NCBI GenBank assembly: GCA_000388065.2
Contig: KB932201.1
Origin: Fonticula alba ATCC 38817
Taxonomy: Eukaryota; Protista; Nucleariida
DNA length: 34,816 bases
Reading direction: 5' to 3' (one strand)
In this document: piece after piece, positions 1-11,979 of the stretch
How the letters are laid out: every line of letters starts with the position of its first letter
Position numbering within the stretch: position 1 is the first letter of the stretch
Notes under the pieces: model-generated
Database searches by the model: none
Seen by the model: the letters and a program-made list of their open reading frames with translations, nothing else
What the model was told of the DNA's origin: nothing
Program-made: the position numbers and the translations under genes

Positions 1-493
1 GTCCCTTGGCGAGGCGCCCCGGAGACGCGGCCCCAAAAGGAGGCGAAGGGAAGTGTGCCAGTGCTGACACTCCCCCCCCCCCCCCCCCCCCCCCCGAGCT
101 GCGAGCCGCCAGGTGTAGGACGGGGGCCGGGACCGGGGGGTCCTCCCACACGGAGGTCGCGCGGCGATCAGAGCACCGCCCCCTTCAGTTGGCAACTGAA
201 CGGTCGATCAGGAATATGAGTTCCGCCCGGCGGCGGCACCGCGGGGGACCCATGAGGCAAAAAAGCGCCCGCGCTCCGTGTCGCCCTCCTCCACTCGCCT
301 CCCCCTCGGCCCCGCCTCGCATATTCTCCCATCCACACGTTGACGCGCCATCGCGTCATCTCATCCTCGTACTCCCACGGAAGGACACGCACGTCCATAC
401 GCGCGGGCCTGGCAACTCTCGTCCTCGCCTTGTGAAGCATCCGCCCGACGCCCGGCCACGCGGGCTCCTTGCGCCTCGCGGCTCCATAGCAGG

Positions 494-1636
494 ATGGCTG
501 ACACATCCGGAGGGGGGCTGGCCCCGGCGCCGGTTCCATCCGGCGCCTCCCTTTCACCGCCGTCCAACAGCGAGTTGGACTTCTGTGCGGAGAACGAATT
601 TGTGACCATCGTTCCGGCTGTCCGGCTCCCCCGGATGAATCTCGTCACGGTGCGTGCCCAGCCGGGGCCCGGCGACGGGAGGGCCATCCTTTCTTGTCGG
701 CTGCCTTGCCTTGCGTTGCCTTGCCTTGCTGCATCCCCCCCCCCCCCATTTGGCCGCTGCCCTCCTAGCTGACCCTCATGCCCTCCCCCGCAACATCGTG
801 CTTGGGCTTTGACAACCAACAGGGCACCATTGGACCATTGCATCCCCAGCGCGAGACCCTCGTTCCTCTCTGGCTTGCGCTGATGCTCAAACGGGCTGGC
901 CGGGCACGCATCCGGCCGCCCGAGTGGCTGACCGAGGGTACGCGCGCGAGTGCCCATTGGCACGCAGGTGCTTCTGTGTGTCCCCAATTGCCCGAATGAC
1001 TGACGGTATCCCGCCTGCCGGTCGCCCCAGACGCCCTTCGGCTATACCTAAAGGCGGAGATCGCCTCGAGCGCTTTCTCGCCTCTGCCTTTCCGGTACCT
1101 GGAAATTTCACAGCTCATCCTCCAAGCGGCGCCGGACGATGTGCCCGGCGCCACGAAGATCCGCGCTCTCATTGAGGACCTGCGGGGGCGTCGGGCGGCG
1201 AAAATTCGCCGCGGTGTGGCCAGTGTCGTCAGCACCGATGTTTTGATCAGCGTACGCCACCCCCCCCCCCCCTCACACGCCTCTCTTTTCCCTTCAGGCC
1301 GCGTCAGGGCAGGGACGCTACCCCTATCGACTGGTGTCCCCACTGGTCGGCTTTGTGGGGCCTGCCTGTAGCCCGTCTTCATTTGTCCTCACCATCTCGA
1401 TCCTGCTGCTCTTCGTAGCTTTCCAACATGTCAGCCATTGAAGTGAATGAGCTGCGCCCGCAACTGCTTCAGGCCCTGCACGTCGTCAACTCCCTCGAGA
1501 AATCGTCCGTCTTCTGGCACGCCTGTTTCTTTCGCCCTGCGACTTCCCTTCCTCTAACCCTCCTGTGCCTCCCTGGCATGATGATACACCGGGCTCTGTG
1601 CTTGCCAGATCTCGGGTGGCTGATGATGCCGGCTAA
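494..1636 (+). CDS. PSF2: GINS complex subunit Psf2 (GINS2), 5 inferred exons, about 201 aa
   Basis: Exons 494-649, 823-937, 1031-1251, 1419-1504 and 1609-1636 join in frame. They give the Psf2 motifs ELDFCAENEFVTIVP, GPLHPQRETLVPLWLALMLKRAGRARIRPPEWL, PLPFRYLEISQLIL..APDDVPGATKIRALIEDLRGRRAAKIR and LSNMSAIEVNELRPQLLQAL. The last intron (GTCCGT donor at 1505) is the least certain; without it the frame runs to 1769. Confidence 0.92.
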
Positions 1637-2137
1637 GGGAGGCCAGCTTGCCGGCTCTTCCCCCTTGGCCTCGCTGCTCGGAAACTCCCCCACAAAGGGG
1701 GCACACGGTCCAAATGAGGGCCAAGCAACGCATCCTCGACCCTCCCCCTCCCTTCCCCATAAAACTTGAAAACCATCCAAACACACCCAGACACCGGTAT
1801 CAGGTCATGATCGGCACAAAGCAAGGGGACAAAAGAAGAAGTCATTCATTTTATCAAGAGGGATAAGTAGGTAGCAGTCCGGCTGGTTGCGAATGATTGC
1901 CCAGCTGCCGGGAGGAGAAGCCAATTTTTTGGTCCATTTTCTGCGTCCTCCCCTGCTCCCGAAAGGGCATCGCCACGGCAGCAAGTCCGGTAGGAGAGGC
2001 GGCGGGCGGGGAGAGGAGCAGGAGAATGCCAGCACAGACGGACGAGGCACATGGGGTCCTGGGCGTGCACATGTGGTGGAAGGCGCGCCCCATTCGCACA
2101 GGCATCTCTGTCCGGGTGCCCGGGAGGCATGGCACAT

Positions 2138-3960
2138 TCAAAGGTCCGGGCTGGAGGAGCTCAGGGCACGGGTACTGGAGAAGTTGTCCATCGAGTTGTT
2201 GGAGCCTTCGGTGGACCAGAAGAAGAGGGGGGAGGGGGGGCCGGTTGGACAGGGACACTCGAGTCAGGATTGATCGTGTTCATCATCGGCCGGGGCAGCC
2301 AAAGCCGACACATGGGGGTCTGCCCGGAAGTGGGCATACGGACGAGGGAGCACGCACCGGAGAAGAAGGCCACCCAGTCGAAGACGCGGGTCGGGAAGAG
2401 GGCCCGAACAACGGACACCATCCAGATGGACCGCGGCAGGGGAACCACCTCACGCTCCTCCTCAATGGATTTGATGATCTGGGCGGCAGTCCAGTCCTGA
2501 TCGAGCATGGCCATGGCACGCGACCTGCCGGGGGGGGGGGGATGGTCGAAGGGGTGTCATGGTGTGTCAGGACCAGACACAAGCGGGCGGGGCCCCTCGC
2601 GGTGGAGGACGGGTGGGCACTCGACCGACGCCGATGTTCCCAGGACGCCCTCGGTAGGGCTGTTGCGGGGAGCGCCAGAGTCGGGGGGAGGGGAGGGAGG
2701 AGGGAGGCAAAGGAAAATAAAAACACCCGAAAAGGCACACGCACCGCATCTTGGCCCCCTCAAACATGCCGGTGTTAATGTAGATGGGCATGATGATGGA
2801 GGTGTGCACGCCGTTCCAGCCAGGCGCAGCGCGGTTCTTGGCCTGGGTCTCCATGCGGACACTCTCACCGAGGGCCGACACGGCGGCCTTGCTGGCGGCA
2901 TAGTCTCCGAGGCCGGCCGGCGCCACGAGGGCCGAAGCGCTGGACACGTAGACAATGTGGCCGCCACGGGCTGAGGCCCCCTTGGGCGGGGTCATCATGG
3001 CGGGCAGGACGGCACGCGTGCACCACACAGGGCCGAGGGCGTTCACCGAGAAGGTGCGCTCGATCTGACTGCGCGAGGCCGTCACCAGGGGGCGCCCATG
3101 GACAACACCGGCGTTGCAAATCATGACGTCGACCTTGAACGAGGGATCCGGCTGGGGCAGGGACTCCAGGACGGCTGAGAGGTCCCCGTCGCTGGCCAGG
3201 GTGCGGTTGGTCAGAGGCACGCCGCTGAAGAGCAGCAGTGTCTCCCGGTGGGCCACCTTGACGGAGGCCTCGCTGGAGACGTCACAGAAAACCGGATGGA
3301 CAAAGCCACTGCGAGCCGGGAACCGAGCCTTCATCTCGGCGGCTGTTGGGTGTCAGCGTGGAAGCGCCTGGCAAGGGAGCGGAGAGCGGGGGAGGGGGGA
3401 GGGGGGGAGGCGCGAAGGGACATACCAACGGCCGAGACAGCCTCGAAGTTGATGTCCCAGAGGGCAACCTGGGCACCGCGCTCGGCGCACATGAAAGCCA
3501 TGATCTTGCCGATGCCGGAGCCGGCGCCGGTGATCACGACCTGTGGAGGGGGGAAATGGCAGGGCGGTTAGGTGGGGGGGGGAAGAAAAGCCAGGTTGCG
3601 GAGGGGGAGCAGAAGTTCGGCACATACCAGCCGGTCGTTGAGGCTCTTGCGCTTCTTCGGGCCAGCAACGAGGCGATTGATGCCAGCTGCCAGGGCAAAA
3701 GCAACAACCACCTTGGCAGCCCTGTAGCCAGGGGCGGGGAGGGGGGGGGGAGACAGGGTAGCCGGTCAGTGAGTGGCCGAAGAGCCGGACGGAAGGGCAC
3801 GGAAGCAACCAACAGCACAGGAAATCCCTGTATGTGTGTGTGTGTGTGTGCCAATGTGTGTGTGTGGCCATGAGCCTCGGTCTTTCTGCCGGCCAATCGG
3901 CACGCACCAGGGCAGAGCGCGGAAGCTCGTCAGAAGGGAAGAAACTTGGGGAAACATCAT
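2138..3960 (-). CDS. Short-chain dehydrogenase/reductase, SDR16C (RDH10/DHRS3-like), N-terminal membrane anchor, 6 inferred exons
   Basis: Exons 3960-3908, 3721-3628, 3540-3426, 3342-2745, 2524-2358 and 2205-2138 join in frame. Motifs: Rossmann VITGAGSGIG, DVMICNAG, catalytic Ser (YVSSAS), YxxxK (DYAASK) and PIYINTGMF. The C-terminus RALFPTRVFDWVAFFSG-SNNSMDNF is typical of SDR16C. Confidence 0.9.
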
Positions 3961-4927
3961 CTGCTGGTGATCGGGGGGGGGGGGGGGGAGTGAGGAAGGA
4001 GGGAGGGAGGAGAATAGAGGAGAGTGCCGGGATGCGGGATTGCTGGGATCCCGAACGTGGGGAGGGCAGCTAAAGAAGGGCCAGGCCGGCTGTCGCGGGC
4101 AAGTGTGCCCGTCAAGATAGCAGGCTGGCGGGCCAGCCATGAGGGTGCCCGGGCCGGCCACCACCGGCCGGGCACACCGAGTGCCGGACTGCCTTGGCCG
4201 GCCGAGCTGGGCAATCCTCCCTGGGCCTGGTCCGGCAATGGTGGGCCTGCCACTGGGGCATGGCAGGGCCGACTCTCGCCGGCCCGGCTGTGCTATGGCC
4301 GCCCGAAGGGCCTTTTGCTCTGAGCTCGGCACAATTGCGTCCCCCTGCGACGGCAAGGGGCTAAGGGCGGGCCTGTCGATCTGGGGGCGGCAGGACAAAT
4401 ACCCGAGAGGGAACGCAAGGAGCGGGCAGGAGCGGTGTGTGAGACTTAAAGCAAGCACGCCCGGTCGGGGACGTGCCGGTCGCTCGGGCGGGGGGACGGG
4501 ACGGCGTGTGCGGACCCCCCCCCCCCCCCCTGGGCCTGGGCTGGTGGCTCTATTTCCGCAGGGGGCGGCCTTAAAGTTGCGACGACAAGGGTCAGAGAAT
4601 GCCTCCAATGAGATCCGGCGTGCCAGCGGCACTCTTCGTGACCTGAGACCGCGGGGAAAGAAGGGGTAAGTGACCGTGCCCAGGCGGGCTGAGTGCTTTT
4701 CGTTCGCCTGTGGGCCAGGCCTCCGCCCCCCCTCCTGGCCCCCCCCCCTATCCCGGAGGTGTTGTCCCTCGGGCCAGCGAGAGCGGGAAACCAGCCAGGA
4801 AGAGGAGCAAGACCCGGACACGGGTCGAGAGAAGGACAGAGTGGTCCCTTTTGGCCTGAAGCTGAATGAGATTACTCGAGACCCAGATCGTGCCGAGATC
4901 TCTCTTGGCAAAGAGGCAGAGCCTTTG

Positions 4928-4930
<3 letters not shown>

Positions 4931-4970
<40 letters not shown>
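4931..4970 (+). repeat. (GA)20 microsatellite
   Basis: Read directly from the sequence. It produces the ERERER and SLSLSL artefacts in the overlapping ORFs. Confidence 0.95.
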
Positions 4971-4975
<5 letters not shown>

Positions 4976-6825
4976 GAAGAGAAGGGGAACGCCGCTCTCG
5001 GGATCCCCCCCCCCCCCGGAAGGGGTGTGGGCCCCATCGATGTGCCGCCCTCGGCCCATGGGCCGACATATGCTGGCCAGGCCACCGGGGCTGCCTCCAT
5101 GCCGCTGTGCCGGCCCGGCCGGCTGGGTCGGCCCTTTGCGCCATGCAGTCCCGCCCGGCCCCTCTTTCCCGCCCCCTCGCCGCCCTGCCCCTGGCCGTGG
5201 TGCGCCCTCTGGCTCCTTCGCCGGTTGTTGGGTCCCTTGTTATCCCGGCGCCCGGCCCCGCCGGCCGGGCCGTCTTCCGTGTGTTTGTTTTCGTCTTTTC
5301 GCATGTGCCCCGGGCGGGCCCGGGGCCCGGTGTCATGTTCCAGGCCTCCCCTTGCCACCTGCCCAAGCGCCGGCGCAGGCAGCCACATACCCTCAGCCCC
5401 CCTCCCTGCCTCGCGGAGAGGTCCACCGCGCGGCCCCCCCCCGCCCCCCCCCCCCCCCCCCCCCCCCCCGCGCGCAGCCTCATCTCCCGTCCGGGCGATG
5501 CACAAGTGCTTCGGTTCCCTGCATGCAAAGACGCGTGTGACCGGCTCCTGGCAGGCGGAAGGGGGGCGCAGGGAAAATCGACCGCCTTCGATCGCCACAA
5601 TGACCCACCCCTCCTGTGGCCCCATGGCGGTTCGAGGGACAAAAGAAGCTCCTGCCGTGGCGGGCCGCAGCCCGTCCGGGGACCAGCGTGAGCACGAACA
5701 ATCCCTCAAACCGGCCGCGGGCGCGCCCCTCTGACCGGGGGAGGGGGGCCAAGTCCGGGACTCGTGTTTTTTTCCCCCTTGTTAACACCCAGCCCGCCGA
5801 GCCCCGGCGCGCACACAGGCGCTCGTTCCATTTTTCACGCTCGACTTGCACAGGCACACTCACCGGACTCGCACACGCCCGACTTGCGCGTGCGCACACC
5901 CGACTCGCATGTACACACATACACACACACACACACTTTCAGGGCACACCGGACGCTTGAATGGCCCATCTCCAAGGCCAACGAATCGCCACTTGCTCAA
6001 GGCAGGCTGACCCGGCAATGCGCGTAGGCCGACAAGGCTCCATGGGCCAATGACACACAGGGCGGCGACACCAATACACAGAGAGGGCGAGAGGGCGTCC
6101 AGATGCACCCAAGGATTTGGCCCTCAAAGGGGGAACATGCCGGCCCTGGGCCAGGATGGACCAGACTCGCTGCGCGGGCGTTTCCAGCTGCCCCGGCGGC
6201 CGATCGAGGCAGCTGGGGGGGGGGGGGGGGGACGGGCGCCGGAAGGCCAGCGGGTGCCCTGACATTCACGCTGCCGGGGTGTAGCAGGTTCTCCGGTTGT
6301 CCCCGTCACTGAGGCACCCCCTGGCCCGCTGTGAATGCATCCCTCGCTCCAGCCTCCTCCCCCCCCCCCGCCCCCCTCCGACAGAGGCACGGGCAACACA
6401 CACACATACACAGACACATTGTAAAAGATACTCACCCCCACCCACTCACCCACACACACACACACACGCACACACACACAGCCCACGCCACTTTCACGCC
6501 CATCTAACATACACGAGGTGTCAAAATAGGCGGTTCGTCGGGCGCCGCGGGGCGTGTAATGGAATCCCCCCTAGACTTGAGGGTCAGATCATGCTTTGTG
6601 TTTCAGAGGGCACGGGTATGCTCCCGTGATGGTGTTTGGCCATTCCGAATAGCGTTCATGTGGGTGCACGGGCGCCAGGCAACACACCCACCGGCACGCC
6701 GGGCCCCGGGCCACGCAGAGGGCTCCGACGAAGGAAGGAGATACGCGTGGGCGGGCGGCCTCCCGGGCCTGCTTTCGCTGTTCGAAGTCCCTCCTACCTG
6801 GCTTTTGCCCGCCCACCGGCCTCAG

Positions 6826-7101
6826 GTCCAGTGGCCAGGCTCTCGACTGCCACGGGCGATAGTACATTCCCCCAGCCCGGCGTGCCCTCTCTTCGGGCAG
6901 GGAAAGTCCCTTACTGAATGCTAATTTGTGATATGCTCTCCGTTAAAATGTCCCTCTTTGACGTAAGATTGCATCCGTGAAAACCCTCCTCGACGCCTGG
7001 GCCACTCGACGGCCGAAGGCCGGCCGAGGCCGGGCTCCAGGGACGCGCGGCAAGGCGTCCACGCCCCCGCCACGAAGGGGCTCCTCCCCTGCGTTCTGGA
7101 C
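6826..7101 (+). ncRNA. Candidate RNase MRP-like RNA (speculative)
   Basis: GGGAAAGTCCC at 6900-6910 (CR-I-like) can pair with AGGGGCT at 7076-7082 (P4-like). The 5' and 3' ends can pair (GTCCAG 6826-6831 with CTGGAC 7096-7101), and TTTT follows at 7109-7112. The GARAR loop and the conserved A after GGGGCUY are not evident. Confidence 0.2.
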
Positions 7102-9243
7102 AAGCCGATTTTGCCTTGGACGCCCCTGCCATTGATCCGGAGGCGTGTTACGGGCACACCCAAGCGGGGCCGTCCCGCCGCGGCGCCCGGGCGCCAAGTC
7201 GGACCGGGGTGGCTGCAGCAGACAGAGAGATGAACGGGGGGGGGGGGGGCCTCGCCTCCTGCAAGCTGTAAAGGTGGCGCGCATTCCACCGCGGCATTCC
7301 ACCTTAACGGGTGGGTCGGAGGTGGCTGGCTGCGGGCCATTTTTGTCAACATCCCCCCCCGCGGCTCGGCCAAGGAGGCCAGACGTATGTGGGGGGGGGG
7401 GGGGGGGGGGGTCTTTGCATGCCCTGGCAGGGTGAGAGTGCGGGGCGGAATTCTGGAGGGGGTTGGTTCGCGCCGGCGCGGCTCGCAGGCGCTCGGCCCC
7501 GGTCTTGCGTGCATGGGCCACAAGAAAAGGGCCTCCCAGCTGGAGATATGATAGACTTGTGGGAGGGTCCCGCGGCGGCGGCGGCGGGAGGGGCCGCGCG
7601 GGGGGCGGCCGCCGCAGCCCAGGCTCTCCGGGACGCCCTGCCTGGGGACCGTCAGTCGGCAGATACGCACAAAGACTCCCGGCCTCCGGGGGCCCGCGGG
7701 GGGAAGGGGGGGGGGGGAGCCTTCACCTGCCTTTTTGCGGACATGGGCGGCCACTTCAGTTTCATTCTCCCCCAGGCTTTGGGGCGAGGGGGGAGGGGGA
7801 ACGCCTGAACCAGCCTCCCGGCCAGGAAAGTGTTCGGGAGCCCTCCCCCCGAGGGTTGTCCCCCGCCCCCCTCCCCCCGCTGCCCGAGGGTGAGCCGGCT
7901 TCGAATAGGACACGAAGGCATGCGCCGCGGCAGCGCCCGTGTGGTTCGGCTCCAGGAAAGGCCGAGGGATGATCCCCCCCCCCCCCCCGAGGCGGGCATT
8001 CTTCCATCAGCCGGCTGTCCCGCTGGACCTTCTTCCCCCAGCCGGAGTGGAGAGGCACGAGCCCGGTGTTGAGGGGGCTGGTGTGGTGATGTGCCACAGT
8101 CTCTCAGGCGGGCTCTGGTCCGGATGGCCAGGGCCGATCATCCCCGCCTGGCGATGGCGGCCCCGGCGCGCGGCATACGCCCCGGGGGCGGCCTCCCCCA
8201 CCCGGCGCGGACGCTGGCCGCGAGACGAGCCGGAGGAAAATGATGCTCGTCCATTCCTGCCGCCTCAGGCCTGGAAGGACCGCTGCCAACGACCAAACCA
8301 CACAACGCTCATGCCTGCCGCTTGGAGATCAGAGGTGTGCACCCGCCAAGAGAGCCCAGTTTCCATCTCGGCACTGGCCCCGGGGGGGGGGGAGGCACGG
8401 GCACGGGGCGTTTGGGCCGGATGCCAATTAGAGCGTTTCGCGCGGGGGCGAGGGCGCTCAGTTGCACCCCGGCGAAGCCCCCCCCCCGCCCCCCCCCCCC
8501 TGGGCCGCGGCAGCAGCAGCAGTTCAGAAACAAGCGGGATGCTCACGCGCTCGCGACGGACTTGGGTCCCTTTCGTTTGGGAGCCCTCGCCTGCCGACCG
8601 GGCCGGAGGCCGCAGGAACTTCGCGGAATTTCCTTTGACTGCTGGGGCCTCTCCCGGGAGACGGGGGGGTGTGCAAGAGGGGCAGGGCGCGGAGATAGCG
8701 GCGCCCCACCACCCCCTGGGCCCTCGGTCGCCGAGTGAGGGCGCAATCTCTCCTTTCCGTTGCTGCCCCCGGACCGGCCCGGGTTGCCCGTTTGTCCTCT
8801 TCCATTTCCGGGACGCTGCGTGCTCCCAACCAGCCCTCTTCTCAAAGCTGCCCATACCCGAGGCATCCCAAACTCGGGGCGCGTCACCCCCCCCCCCTCC
8901 CTTGCGCAGCGACCCTCTCGCCTCTCCCCCCCTTGCTTTTGCTGCCCCCCCCCCTCCCCTCCCCCCGATTAGTCCGCTTTTCCTTGTCGCCGCTGCCACT
9001 TCCGTTGTCGCCGCTGCTGCCGTTGCTTCATCTTCCCCCCCAAGCCCGCCTCCCCAGCCCCCTCCGGCCTCCGACCGTCTCGACCGGAGTGCGTCCAACC
9101 CGGCCCCAGACCCCTCGCTTGGCTCCCCCCCCCCCCCCCCCCCTGCCCCTGGTCCCCATCACGCCACTCTGCTCACCTCTCCTTGCCTTCTCGCCCTCCC
9201 CCCTCCCCTTCCACTGCGCGTGCCCCGGGGCCCACCCAGCAGA

Positions 9244-11479
9244 ATGGCAGCAAACCCCCAGTACAAGTCCTTCCAGCGGGAGTCTGACGACTCGGACACC
9301 TCGGCCACCTCGGACACCCCGCTCAATGCCGAGGAGGAGTACGATTACTATGAGATCCTGAATGTGTCGCGCGATGCCTCCGAAGAGGAGATCAAGAAGG
9401 CCCACCGGCGCATGGCCCTGCGCTACCACCCGGACAAGCCGACCGGCGATGCGGACAAGTTCCGCCAAATCCAGCACGCCTATGAGGTGCTGATGAATCC
9501 CACCCGGCGGAAGCTCTATGACCAGTATGGCGAGGCCGGCCTCAAGATGTATGACGGCTACGGGAACCATCCTCTTGGCAATTTGGCCGCCGAGAACCTC
9601 TCCCTCTGGGTGTGTCTGCTCCTGCTGCCGGTGCTGCTGCTCCTGCTGTTCTTCATCCTGGTGGTGGTCAATGTCGACTACGGTGCGTGCATCCCGCTGC
9701 CGGGCGCCTGCGCGCATCGACGCGCCACTTCTTCGCGGTGGTCCTGTCGGCTCTTTTCCCGCCTCGACCCTGCCGTCGCACGTCCCTCTGCACCCCATTT
9801 CCCCCACCAATCCGATCCCATCTTCTGACTGCCTGCTCCCTTGTCGGACATGTGCGCGCGGGCTCCCGCCACCGCCGCCCCCGAAATAGCCAAGGGCTGG
9901 TCGTGGCCCGCCATCTGGACTCCGCTTTGGGTGATCAACTTCATTGTTGTCCTCCTCTCCCTCTCCGTCACGGTCCTTGCCTTTAGTGTGCGTTTCTCTT
10001 TCAGACAAGACTCCTTCCCCTCCGAGTCCTTGCACCCCCCCCCCCCCCCCTTGTTGCTGCCTCTCTCGCCCCTTCCACTGACATCGGCTCCCCATCCCGG
10101 CATCCCATACCCTCAGGCTGCTTCCGAGGACAGTGCCGAGATCAGCAAGCCCAGCGTCGTGAGCTTCTTCTTCAGTGTCATCTTGACTCTCATCTGGCAG
10201 GTGCGCCCTCCTCTCGGCGTTGTCCGCCGGCAGGACACCCTATCGCGCCACTTGGGCGGCCGGGTCTAAACACTCACCTCCACTCGTCCTCCCCGTCGGC
10301 GCCCGGATCGCCACCCCGCAGATTCTGCTTTCCATCAAGCTCAATGGCCACAGCATGGCCTGGGGCTATGTTTGGCTGCCGATGTTCCTGGTGTCTTTGC
10401 TGTCCTTCTGCCGGCACTTCTTCAATGTTCGCTCACTTGACTTCCCCATGCGGGTGCGTGTTTCATCATGGTTGCCGATCAAGCCCAAGCATGGCCTCCG
10501 CTTGGGTCCTTTCCCTCCTTCCTCCCCCCCCCCCCTCCTCCGTCCGGCCATGATGTTGACATTCCCTTTCCTCCTCCCTCGTTCGTTGGTTATCTTGGCT
10601 TTCACCGATGTAGAGCAAGATCCCCGTCTTCCTCTTCAAGATCCGGTGGACCGTCATGCGCCTGCTCACCATGATCTTCATTGTGCTCAAGTCCGATGGC
10701 GTGTCCTCCATGAGCTGGCGGGCTGTGGTGCGTCTTTTTTTTTCCCCCCCCCCCTTCTCATGCGCCTGTCTTCCGGAACATTTCCCGACCTGCTTTTTGC
10801 CGGCCGGCCGGCCGGCCGGCCAAGTTTCATGGTTCTCCCTCTCTCACCTCTTCCCTTCAGTTCTCCCCGGTGTTTGCCTTCTATGGCTTCTTCGTTCTCC
10901 TGTCCCTGCTGCTGAGCTGCTGCATCCCGAAGCTCTTCGGCTCTCTCGGCGAGACCATCCTGACCGACGTCCTGCCGAGCATCTTCATCGTCACCTTCAT
11001 CGCCCTGCTTTCAGTGGCTCTGGATGGCATCCGCGGGGTGCGTGCCCATTCTCAGGAACCCATGCCATTCGCGTGCTTCGCCCCTTCTTTCTCTCTTTCT
11101 TTCCTTTATCCCATCCCCTTCGGGTCTTCCCCCTCTCCCCCTCCACGCACACGCACACGCGCACACACCATATTGCTCTCATGTCACTGGGCTCACACTG
11201 GCGGTGGTATCCTCACTCACACTCTGTCCACTCTCCGCAAATGTCTCTGTCACTTCCATTCATTCCACACAGTACTCGCTTGGCGTCATTTTCGTGCCCG
11301 TCTTCATCGTCATGGGTCTGGTCATCCTTGTTCTCTGCATCTTCGCCTGCCTGCTGAAGTGCATGATGGACAGTGAGATGCCCGAGCCGGTGTCCAAGCG
11401 CAACAGCCAGAAGACTCCGCTTGTGGATATCAGCCGTCGACTGACCTACAACACTGAGCCTTCGTCGAACAAGGATTGA
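9244..11479 (+). CDS. DnaJ (J-domain) protein fused to four TMEM185/Fragile-X-F-like membrane repeats, 7 inferred exons
   Basis: Exons 9244-9682, 9890-9987, 10117-10200, 10322-10453, 10614-10727, 10861-11037 and 11273-11479. J-domain DYYEILNVSRDASEEEIKKAHRRMALRYHPDK...YDQYG with an intact HPD. Repeats: VVNVDYAKGWSWPAIWTPLW, LSIKLNGHSMAWGYVWLPMF, IVLKSDGVSSMSWRAVFSPVF and LSVALDGIRGYSLGVIFVPVF. Confidence 0.88.
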
Positions 11480-11979
11480 TCGCACCCTCTCCCGTTCCCA
11501 TCCTTCTGTGTGGCGCCATGCGTGTCACAATGTCCTTCCCCTGAGAGGCTAGCTCTCTCTCTCTCTCTCTCTCTTTCCCTCTGTCTCTCTCTCTCTTAAT
11601 ATGCTCTCCTTCTCTCGTAACCACATGCGTGGTGGGCTTCGCTCCTGCCACGAATCTCCTTGCGTATGTGGGGACTCCCTCACCGAAAATACATCCAGTG
11701 TCATACATTCATGCGTGGTTGTCTGGTAAATGCTGCCCTTTTGAACGTGACCCTTCTCGGCGCTCCTCGTCTTCATTCACCCTCGCCCTCTTCTACCGGA
11801 GCGCGTGCATATATTTCGAAATGTGTGTATTGCTTCCCGCGACTGATTGAGGGGCGAAGCCAAGGAGGAAGAAGACATCCCAGAGAGCCACGGGACACCA
11901 TCAAACAAGGGAGGAAAAACAAAGAAAAAGGGGGGACTCCCCTCTTCCTCTCTCGGGCTACGCGAGATGAAGGAGTCCA

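Noticed and set aside
330-480. ACGCG (MCB-like) motifs upstream of PSF2
   Set aside because: CGCG is common throughout this GC-rich sequence, so enrichment cannot be claimed without statistics.
4562-4671. Possible plus-strand exon ending in a textbook GTAAGT donor (4666-4671)
   Set aside because: The translation is unrecognisable, no convincing neighbouring exons were found, and GTAAGT is not used by any inferred intron in this window.
3766-5709. 647-aa minus-strand ORF and the overlapping 354-aa plus-strand ORF (4670-5734)
   Set aside because: Both are Arg/Pro/Gly-rich read-throughs of GC-rich DNA that include microsatellite translations. Only the MMFPQV...LPW segment near its C-terminal end (3960-3908) is real, as SDR exon 1.
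7939-9243. N-terminal 435 aa of the 629-aa ORF upstream of the J-domain
   Set aside because: It is low-complexity translation of C-tract-rich promoter/UTR DNA. The ATG at 9244 gives a sensible protein start.
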